Assembly: GCF_009834535.1 (NCBI RefSeq)
Contig: NC_045697.1
Span: 29,452,001 to 29,516,000, forward strand
Reading direction: 5' to 3'
Length of the DNA: 64,000 nucleotides
DNA from: Camelus ferus
Lineage: Eukaryota
Both the position numbers and the translations under genes were made by a program. Below the pieces are notes generated by a model. It was not told where the DNA came from, ran no database searches, and saw only the letters and a list, made by a program, of their open reading frames with translations. Positions 26,649 through 37,400 of this stretch are shown here, piece after piece (position 1 is the first letter of the stretch; every line of letters starts with the position of its first letter).

Positions 26649-29389
26649 GAGCTCTCAGCATTATGTACAAACTCAAATGTACATACTGCAATCAAATAAA
26701 AAAATATTTACTGTATAAAAATTAGGCAGGCTCAAAAAACACTGTCAGAATTATAAAAATATCTTGCTCTTTGCTCATTTATGCGTCTACTTAGATGTTT
26801 CACTGAATGACTGATAATCAAGATGCTCCGACTCAGAGTGTCCATAGAGGATTCCTGTATCCACATCCTGAGAGTCTAAAAGATGACTTTCATCTGTTCA
26901 GCATGTAAGTTTCATTTAGGGAGCAAGGAAGACATTTTCCATAACAATCTTTCTAGTAATCATTCCTCAGGGACAATATTTAGAATTCCATCGTACATGA
27001 AACTAAATATTACTTTCCTAAAAAAAGGATATCTCTGCTTGTATGGGTGGCACTCAGTTCCCAGGTCCTTCGCAAAATAACAGAATGGAAAGGGTTAACT
27101 AAAGATAACCTTTAGCTCCTTAGATCTGTGTGAAGCTTGCACATCTGGGAATCTAGATCTTGCCTGTTCTCCCTCTTTGGGTGCCCCAGGCAGCATTTAA
27201 CAGGTGAGGAGTGACTAAGGGGGTAGATGGGAGGGGCCAGAGGGCGGTGGTGATGGGGCATCCCTCCAAAGTGGCCTCATCCAAGTCAGCTCTAAACCAA
27301 TGGACTTCCTCCAAATTTGTAAAACATAATTCGTTTAGTGTCGCTGGATTTTGAAACAGCTATCATTTGGCAGGATCATCCTGGCCTTTCCTGCAGGGTT
27401 TCCCTTGGCTCTCTTCCATTGGAGGGGTGGGAGGAGACACCCTGCATCCAGAGAAGCACAGTGAGACGCCTCAAATTCCTCAAAGGGATGCCCTCTGCGT
27501 GGAGCACCTATACCGTGCGGCTCTGCCGATCACCAGCCACACGGATGAGCTCCACTCCAGCCCCAACCTCCTCCTGCTCTGACCCAGCTGTTATTGTAAG
27601 CCTGGTGGAAATTACACCACTGAGGGATGGTCTGAAAAAACCTGCGGCCCATCCACTCCACTCCTAGAGTCCAGAGTTCATCTCTGCCTCAAGCCAGACC
27701 AGAAAGCTGGTCCACATTGTCACAGTCCTCCACCACTTTACTTGAAATGGGTTTGTCCTTTGCTTCCAGTAAATAATGCTATGAAATGCCAGCTGGCAAA
27801 ATCCAAGTTTCTATGTATCTATATATACTTAGAGTACTGTTGAGGACGCTGATCACATTATTGGATGGCAGTCCTTTAACGAAGCTCCAAATGAGACTTT
27901 TCTTTGGACAGTCTAATGAGCAGAGGCTCTGGAGCCAAACAGCCTAGATTCAAATCCTGACTCTACTGTTTAACTAGGTGTTGAAGTCTCCATGCCTCAG
28001 TTTCCTCATCTGCAGTATGGAGATAATGATACTCAGCCCCCTGAATTTTCATGAGGATAAAGGTCAACAGCAATGAAGTCTTTAGGAGCATGCTTGGCAA
28101 AAAGTTAGCACTCCATAAATACTCATTATTATCGTGATTTTATAATGGGGCACTAGCAAAACCGTTACGTCCCACAAGGAACTGAGATGCTTTTGCCTTA
28201 CGCACAGAGTGATTCACAAAAAGCAGGGTTCTGAAGTCCTTTCCCCTCCCGACAGACGTGGGCTCCTCAAGGGTGACAGTGACTTTCCGTAGCATGGGGG
28301 ACCTTCAGAATCTAGGGTGGGGCGAGGGTAGTAAAAAGCACATGTGGTTTGGGTAAGTCCTTTTAAGATCTGAAGATACCTTTACGGGGATTTGTGCCAT
28401 TCACCATAAGAATTCTCAATGTAAATAATCACCAGGAGGCACAAAAATAAACCCAAAGGTTGGTTTTCGTAACTGTGATGAGTCCTGTGATCTAAAAAGC
28501 TATGTTTGTCCCTTTTCCCCAGTCCGCTCAGTCCTAACTCAGTCTACTGTCCCAGTACAGACAGATGCACTGCTTATTCCCTTACACTTACTGTGCCTTT
28601 TAAAGAAAGTATTTGTTCTTTCTTATACGTCTCCTCAGATCTTTAATGGACCAAAGTAGGATATAAAAGACATAATACAATACATGTGCTTTTTTGTTTA
28701 GAACTAAGTACAACTTCAGTAACTTAGGAGAAAGCTGAGCTTCCTTATTAACAGGAACAAGTTCCTAACAGGTGCTGGAACAGACAGGCTGGTAACAGAA
28801 CAGTGGCAGATCAAGAGTTCAGTAAGCAAGACAACTGAGAGGAAAAGAGAGAAAGTGCCATCTTAGGTGACAGCTCAACCAGGCCTCCTCTTCCTGCCCC
28901 CAATTCCATCTCCACGCCAGGCATCACCCGTCAGTTCCACACTGGGCTTTACAGACGCATGCGCACTCAGCCCTTACAGGTAGAGAAGGACGGCGGGGCT
29001 ACTCACCCCTCCTCCTGCAGCCTTTGCTGGTAGCCCTTGTAAAACGCCTGGTAGCAAAGCCGATTATTCACAGCCCGCCTTCCTGTTTTACTGCATCCCT
29101 TCCTTTTCCTGCCGTAAAATTTATCTTTAAAGGCCAGCGTGTCAGCAGCAGCCCAGGAACTTGTTCAGAACATCGCTGGCTCGTCACCCGCTCAGGCTGT
29201 GCTCAGAATGAAGCCGAGGAGACTAGCAGCAGCCCCGGATTCCTGCAGAACCCATGGCGAGATGGCAGCTTCCAGCCAAGGAGCTGAGGTTTTGAACCTG
29301 CACAGTACTCCCCACTTAACCACTGCTCCAGGAACCTGTTTGCTGTCTTACTCATAGACACAGAACTGCTTTGGGATCCAGAAAAGCAT

Positions 29390-30273
29390 CTAGGTCCAGC
29401 TACATAAATCGCAAATGAAAATGAAACATGCAAAATGAAAATGCTGGGCCCCCTGTTCAAAAGGCGGGGGCCGGGGTGAGGAGTAAAAGTTGTAAAAAGT
29501 ATTCAGACATGAAGTTTTTCCTCCCTTCTGCACTCTCTCTCTCAGCTTCTCACGGTGCTTTCTGTTTGTTATTTAATGTCGTGCTACCTCGGGCGTGGGG
29601 TTACTTGTAGGGTGAGCGCAGGCCGTCACAGGCTGCCCACCCCCACAGACCATCACCCGCTGGGCCGACACACCATGCCCTGGCCAGGGGTAGAGAGACT
29701 GAGCCAGGAATCCCCCTCACTTTCCCCGGACCCACTCCCTCAGCCCACAGCAAACGGGGGACCCTCGAGTGTACTGTAACACCTGTGCCAGGACACACTA
29801 GGGACCTGGACTGGGAGTGCACAAGGCCCCACTGAGTCACCCACTGAACACAGCGCTGTACAGTAGCCAAGTGGGGCAGGCCACCACTCTGCCCCTTCCC
29901 AAAACACCATGGAGTTTGTGTGCCTGGCACCAACTCTCCCCAGGCCAGCACCTGGGCCCCTAGAAGGGTGGAAGGCAACACTCATTGCTGGGTCAGGGCA
30001 GGGACGGGGAGGTTGGCAGGGCCTGAGGTGCCAAGGAGCAGGGGAACAGACACCCTGGGGAGGTGGTGAGGTGACAGGACTGTGCACAAGCCAAGGCTCC
30101 AACTCCTGAGCACACTCCATGCCCCACTGGACTTCACTCACAGAACACAAAGTCAAAGATAAAATTGTTAAGAACATCCAGAGAGCAACAGCACAGCGTT
30201 AACGCCGGGACCCGATTCTCAGCGCGGGGCTCTGTGCGCCTGTACAGGCCGCACACCCGTCACGCTGGCCCTG
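29390..30273. mobile_element. MER45-like hAT-Tip100 DNA transposon
   Basis: Start ..ggtccagctacataa...tgcaaaatgaaaatgctgggccccctgttcaaaa and end gcgcggggctctgtgcgcctgtacaggccgcacacccgtcacgctggccctg resemble MER45B termini. Confidence 0.7.
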
Positions 30274-30766
30274 CTGCTTCCCCACCAGAAGTCCAGAGCA
30301 AAAGCCACTCTCACTTTCCATCAGAAAACAGGCCTGTGTTTATAACACGGATGGCAAGGAGCTTCCACTTTGCACAGGTGTGAGGCTGCCCTGGAGGAGG
30401 TGGGAGTGAGGGGTCTGGACCACCTGTTCAACCACCCCTCCCTCAGCCTTGCAAGGCAGAGCCTGGCTTATCTTCAAAGGCTTCTGAAGCCCACCTCGAA
30501 CAATAATTTCAACTTACCACACTACAAAGATCTGACGTAGTGAGAGACAGGCAGAGCTGTGATGATTACAGAAATCTTCCCAAACCTAACTTGGCTGAGA
30601 AATTTACTTTAAGTGCTGGGGAGATTAGCAACAAGAGAGGACTAAGGGGTAATTCCTTATTAAGCGGCTCTGGGGTTGATGGTTTGTAAAAACAGGGCTG
30701 TCATCCAAAGTCATTATTTTAATGCAAGAACATAACCTGGTCACTGAAAGCAAATTTCTTACAAAC

Positions 30767-30827
30767 CTTGGCTTCTGGGTCACTGTTGATACTACAAGAA
30801 TCATCGTCGTCAGCATGTGGGGCATTT
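30767..30827 (-). CDS. APBB2: APBB2 61-nt exon (R)NAPHADDDDSCSINSDPEAK
   Basis: tttttctttctag|A AAT GCC ... GCC AAG|gtttgt. Phase 2 in, phase 0 out; preceded by a short 91-nt intron (30828-30918). Confidence 0.96.
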
Positions 30828-30918
30828 CTAGAAAGAAAAACAGAAAATTGGACTTAGAATTCTGCAAACTCCAGCTGCACAAAGCCACACGTTACGGCAG
30901 GTCCTTCCAATGTCCTAC

Positions 30919-31004
30919 CTGAGTTTCAAGGACGCATAGCGTAGTGTTGCTCCTTCAAATTCTTTTAAACTGGGGTCCGGGTTGACTGTGGCTGCATGCA
31001 AATC
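30919..31004 (-). CDS. APBB2: APBB2 86-nt exon DLHAATVNPDPSLKEFEGATLRYASLKL(R)
   Basis: tctcttttcctctag|GAT TTG CAT ... AAA CTC AG|gtagga. Open frame matching Fe65L1. Confidence 0.97.
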
Positions 31005-31343
31005 CTAGAGGAAAAGAGACCCTGTTAATGTACAAAGGGGGAGGGCCCATTACATGGGCTCAAATATCAAAGGGGAGAGCAGTCCTCCCAGCACGAGGCA
31101 GAGTGTATGTGAGCTTAGGCAGAAAAAGGCATGCGTGGGCTGCTGATGCTGGCTCGGTGCACTGAAGTCATTCACAATGGGAGACATCAAAACAGGTGAC
31201 ATGTGTGAGCCCCACAGCCCGAGCCAGAAGCCCCGTCACTCCATCCCTGCAGGACGCATGGTATTCACAAAGAAGGAGATGCAGCCACAGCCATGCAAAA
31301 AGGACCGAATAGTAAATGTGCTAGAATCCAACAATATACTTGC

Positions 31344-31406
31344 CTTCCAAATGTCACTATTAATCTTTCCCCCATTCAGAACAGCAAAATCACTCCATGG
31401 CTGTTT
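31344..31406 (-). CDS. APBB2: APBB2 63-nt symmetric exon KQPWSDFAVLNGGKINSDIWK with GC donor
   Basis: tgtctag|AAA CAG CCA TGG ... TGG AAG|gcaagt. 21 codons, phase 0/0; peptide recognised from Fe65L1. Confidence 0.93.
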
Positions 31407-34400
31407 CTAGACATACAATTATTCACATAGGAAAAAAGCACATTGATTTAAAAAAAAAAAAAAGAAAGAAAATAATAAAAGGATAGGAAAGGAAAGGAAA
31501 AAAGAAAAAAACACACACAAGACACTGTTGTTAGCATTGATATTCACAGGATGGGTTAGGGAACAAGTTCACGCTAACGGCAACGTGCGGGCTCCCTCTT
31601 CCTAGACCTAGATTATCACTGAGGACTAGGGCAGGAGGAAAGAGAGGGCCCTTTAATTACTTACCAAAACAAATGGCTGAACGTTATTACCAGACAGTGA
31701 AGTTACTTTCTAAATGTGGACTTAAAGCATATAGTACGTGTCCATGTTTTAAATGCCCAGCATACCTAATTCCATAGGAACATTTTCTCTTCCATTAACC
31801 AAAAAGAATGGAATTCCCATTGAGGTGGAGATGGAACTAGGGATGATGCTTGTTCACGTGCTGGTTGGAAACTAGAGAATGTCTGTGGTGAAGGGTATAA
31901 AAAAACTGGGGGCCAAATTTTTTTCACTTATAAGAGAAAAGGACAATGAAGGAGAAAGAGGGTAAAGAACCCAGTCGGACCTCGACATCTTGCCGAGACT
32001 TAATTAAATAAAAAATAGCTCTCGACAATCAAATGTAAATTCCTCTCGTTCATAAAATGCTTTACTTCCTTGCCACCCAAGCATCCTCACAGATTAATAT
32101 TCGATCACCAAAATGTTCTTCTAAACATGGTTACAGAGCAAAGCACGACTCCGTGCCTCGCTGGGAGACCTCTTGCACTAGACTTCTGAATCTAAACTCC
32201 CTCCCTCTCTTCACCTGGGACAACATGGAAACATTTTTTTTCTTTCCATTATATTGACCAAATATTCAAATATTATTCATGTGACATTTGGGGAAATAAA
32301 TGATACTAATAAAACACTCAGCCACATCCTATGATTCTGTCACACTGATTTGTCAGGCTAATCTCTTTGCTTGGATGATCAACAAGGGAAACTTTTGAAC
32401 TAAGGAACTTTTCAAGTAAAATTCTTTGAAAATGAGAAGGGAGTACTGACCCATAACCTCTGCACACAACTAAGACAGTTGTAAAGGCCCTCAAAGCAGA
32501 GGCAGCTAAGTTCAAATGTCCCAGGTGCTGAAACATGGGTTTCTTTGGCTCTGTAGGACCCTCTGTGGGCAGAGTCACTGCAAATTTGGACCCACTGTCA
32601 CTACTGCACAGTTGGTGCCACTGCTGCTTTCCTTTTTGGAGTCGGGACCCAACCTGCAGTTTTTTCCAAAGAAAATAGAATTTAGACCACTGTGTTTATT
32701 ATTTTTTTTCAGTCTCTTTTACTGTGCACAAGAGCAGGAAAGCTGCCCAGCCCCTCACCTCTCTCCTCAAAGCCCAAACGCAGTGTTCAGTTTTCACTGC
32801 GGAGAAAATCACTATCACCGGAGAACCTAACCTGTCGGCTGAGGGGCCTGTGAGCCCCGTGAAACAGGTGTGGGCTTTGTGTGTGTGCGTGTCTCTTCCT
32901 GGGGAGATGGTCCCCAGCTCTTCTCATATTTTCAGGAGGGCCAGTGACCAAAAAAGGTTTAGAGTCATCATCGTAGGGGGATTAATAAGCGCTCATGCTA
33001 AGGACCTGAAACACCAAGTACACAATCAAATTTTAAGCTAAAATTTCTTCTTGAAAAAGAAAACAAGCCTGCTTGGCCCCAAACTGTCATCACTGTTAAC
33101 ACGTGAGCGATATTTGGTTTTCGTTTAGGTTTTACTTTGAAAATGTAATCTGAATTAGGAAGACTCAAGACAATTGTGTTCTCACGGAGAAATTTTTTTA
33201 AAAGTGTGCATGTTTGACAAAAGGAATCTGAAATCAGAACAGCTACCCAAAAGACACTGTGTTGGGATTACAGAGAGGGAAAGAAAAGCCTTTTTTAAAA
33301 CGAATATTCAGAAAAGGTTTTGGCATTTAATGAAACACTTCTCTGTATGTGTGTGTTTTAATTTTTTTTATGTATTTACTCTTTGGACATAGAGGTCCCT
33401 GTGAAGTAACCACTGATTACATTTCTAAGAACCTAGGCTCTCACTCTATGGAGACATGGGTCAGCTGGCAAACCTCCAACAATCACGTTACAGATTTAAA
33501 TAAACAAAGCGCCCTATGCAGTGATTTTGCGAAACTTTAACGTAACAAGAGTATTCCTAAGGAAACCCTTTAGCATAAAACTCCTTTAGCATAAAACTCG
33601 AGCAAGGAAAAAGGGAAACTAGCATTACATGCTCTGACCAGGCCAAAGACCTTTTCTCCCTCCTATATTTAAAATTTTCCTTGACATCAGGGATGAAGAA
33701 CTTTCTCCTCCATATGAATGACCATAATTTTTCTTTTTAAAAATCAAGGGCAATCAAGGACAAGAACTATTTGTTTTAAATTTTAAGAACAATATATTTT
33801 CTTCATCTGTGTTTTTTTTTTTTTTTTAATTTAAGAAAAGAGAATACAGCATTTTAGCTAATAACTTTTTTTAAAAAAAGAAACCAACAGAGATGCTTTG
33901 GTTCTACAGAAAGTCTGTAGTCTGCTTGGCGGGAGTGAGCAATGAACAAAGAGACAAAAAGGAAGACAATAAAAGGGGAGAAGGCAGGTGGAGCAACGTG
34001 CCTCAGAGAAGACAGACAGAGAGAGAGAAAGGGCAGTAAAGGAAGCACAGAGCGCATCTTCCATGAGCAACAACCTCCCGAGTGGGAATCTCTCAGGCAA
34101 TGAAGCTGAAGCCTTGCACAGTCGAGGGCTGCTGGTGTCAGACTGACAGCTGGTGCCTGTCTTGACCTTGGCCGGGCTGCAGCACCCCTTACCCCGATGG
34201 CAGTGATCGCGCTCAGGTCCGGGAGAGCCCTGGAGCCTCAGCTCCTCAGAGACACTGGGGACAGACCCAGCCTGGAGCACGGCACCCTCCATGATCACAC
34301 GGGTGGACCCACAAAGGGAATCTGACTCTATGACCTTGACTACTGAGTTGTCTTCTTCCATATTTCTCTTCTGGGATCTTGGAAAGCAATTCCACAAATC

Positions 34401-37400
34401 AAACAAAAACGACGTACTGTCCTTCTGCTGGAACAAAGCTAATACTAGAGTTGCTCCTTTGACAATGCCAACAGGGTGTTCTTTGGAGGATGGGGTCTGA
34501 GGGGGTGAGAAGGTCCCTAGAGGCGCAAGGGAGTCTCTAAGAAGTGGTACCAAAATGCAAACTGGAGAGCAAGAGTGGACGATTGAATGTGCTGAGAGCT
34601 GGGCAGAGAGGGAAGCCCAGGAACATTCCTCAGGGGTGTCGACGGAAGCTGTGATCACATCACCTCCGTGGGCTCCTCCGAGGTTCTCAAGCTAACAGCC
34701 CGCGGGGAGGCTCGGGTTCAAATCCTGCCTCTATGCTCATCTGCTCTGTGAACTCACTTCCTCATATATCAGACAGGGCTAAGAAGGCTTCCCTGAGCGA
34801 GGACTGAGTGAGGTCAAGAACGCAGCCCAGGGACTGGAAGCCCGAGGGGGTCCCGGGAATGGCAGGGTCCTCATCCGCTGCTCTTTCCAAGGAGAAAACA
34901 AACAAGGGCATTCGTAAGCATAAAAAGTTTGAGGGCCTACGGACAACAAAAGGGTTATGAATTATGCTTCTTAATCTTCTTTTGTCCAGACTTAAGCCTT
35001 GGAATGTGTGGCCGTGATGATAAATGGCAGAGCACCTGGAATTCTGGAATTCCAAGGAAGAGGCCAGTGTTAATGAGCACTGAACTCATATGTATGTGTA
35101 CTTCTTCCTTCTTTTAAAATTGCTTTCTGTGTTTTGTTGGCTGCAACACGATCAGGACAGAGTTACGGTTTATCAATCAAACACAATTCAGAGAAATTTA
35201 AAAAAAAAACTAACTAGAAAACAGACTGACAAATGTTTGTGCGATTAAATCGGTCTCTGTGAGCAGCAGTACGACTTAGAAACTGTAACCTAGAGGAGAA
35301 TCCGGGGCCCTGGGGCCCTGTGCCGGCTCTGCTGCTACACCAAGTCAACTCAGAGCTCCCTCAGCTACGAAGCTGGTCTAGTCCTTCATTCAGCAAACAT
35401 TTAATGAACTTTGCCACATACCAGGCACTGCGCCAGGTGCTGAGGACACAAGATGAGGGGGACAGGTCCTGCCCCACCCAGGAGGGAGACTGGTATGCTA
35501 CAAGTAAGAATACTACAAAGAGATTCTATGGAATAAAGACTGACGGGCTTTCAAAGCAGAGGGGCGAGAATAGTAATTCCCAGGAGATGCTAGGATGAGG
35601 CCAAAGAATTTAAGAAAAGGTGGCATATAAATTACAGGGAGACTACACTCACTAGAAGGCCAGCTCTTGTACTAACTCAACACAGAATCACCTGCAAGGC
35701 TTATGACAATAAAGGCAGATTCCCAGGCCCCACCCTTAGAGAGTCTAGCTCAGTGGCCTGGGGTGGGACCAAGGAATCAGCATGTTCTACAAGCCTCAGA
35801 AGTCATCCTGGCCACAGTCCTTGGCTCATGGGCTGAGAAATACCATTCAATGATCAATGGTCAATGATCAGTACAGAAAGGCTTCTCAAAGGTTCTTGCC
35901 AGCTCTAAAATGTCATGATTACTTGATTAGGTCAAGAAATTCAGAAAATTGATGACAGATGGGTCCCTTTATGCTGTCATCTTATCTCTACATGTATATG
36001 AAAATCCACAGAATCTAATGTAATCCATGGGATTTTGCCCCTCCTAAGGAGAGAGCTGCTCAGGTCCCTCCCTCCCGGACTCTAGGAACAATGCAGCAAG
36101 AACAGAGTAAACTGTGATCAAGAAGAGACCACAGTCCTGAGAAAAAGACCCTCCCTTGCTTTGACCCACTCCCCACTCCGACACCCAAACTCTCTTAAGG
36201 AACCTGGAAACGCCTTCAGCTGGAAAAATTCCAAGTAAGACTTGTCTATGAGCCAACAGTTATCCATTAAAACATTTTGTGTAGCTCCCTCTTCTCTCTA
36301 AAATTCAACGTCCAAATAATTTGGAACAAATTGATGGGCTGGGGGAGACCATCATGTGCCAAATTTTAGCAGCAAATGCTTCCCGGCCAGTTTATAAACT
36401 TTCAAAAATACTGCTGGCGTACACAGAGGAAACATCACGCGTCGTGCTTAACACTTCCCTGGTGAACTTTGGAATGTGCGATATAAAATCTTCAAACTGT
36501 AAGGAAGCCTGCAGTCTCAAACTTTTGTGCAGCTGAGTCAACAGATTTGGCACTTTTTTATTTGATTTTTTTTTTTAAAGCCAGCTCAGGATAAGGCTAA
36601 ACAAAATATGCGTTTACACGACATATTACAAGTTTATTCTCGCCCTTAACGTTTTGCTTTCTCTCATGTTTCCAAACTAGTCGAAATATATTCTGTTCAG
36701 GGATCAGAGAAATGGCATCAGATTAATAATCATTTCTCTTCAACTGTTATTAGCACTTGAGACAAGGTTATTAAGAGAAGTCATTTTGTAGAAGGCTCTG
36801 AGTATGACACAGCCCTCCCCTGGAGTGAGATGAAGAGACTGGAGGCCCTCCAAGCCCCCGATACACACGTAGTGAAGCTTGGGCTAGGGGTGGGGGTCAG
36901 CAGACCTCCATTCAAGCTCGACTCCCAGGGACACTCTGTGTCTCAGTGTCATCAAATGCAAGATGGGAATGAGAACTTTCGCACAGGCGCACAGGGTTTT
37001 ATGAGTAAGGAGGGAAGGCATGAAGCTGGCCCTGTAGGCACTCCGTTACCCTTAGTGCCTCTGCTTTAATACCTGTGTCAGCACCTGCACGACCGGGAAT
37101 GCGGCAGGCTGTCTTTCAAGCCCCACCTCTCTCTTTCCTCTCTACCCACCTGCCCATCCCGCTGCTCCTATAATTTTAACTTATTTCCTTTTAAATCCGC
37201 TTAGTTCTTTGACTTAGTGTATGGCCTTATGTACAGGGAAGCAAATAACTGAAAGGTTGATCTGAGGAACCCACTGGTTTATTAAAGTGCTTGGATAGGA
37301 GTCACTCTTGCTCTGAAACTCCAAAAATGACACATCCGTTAACAAGGTTCTTGGAGAGATGAGGCTGTGTCCAGCACAACGGCTCAGTTAGCAACACAAC

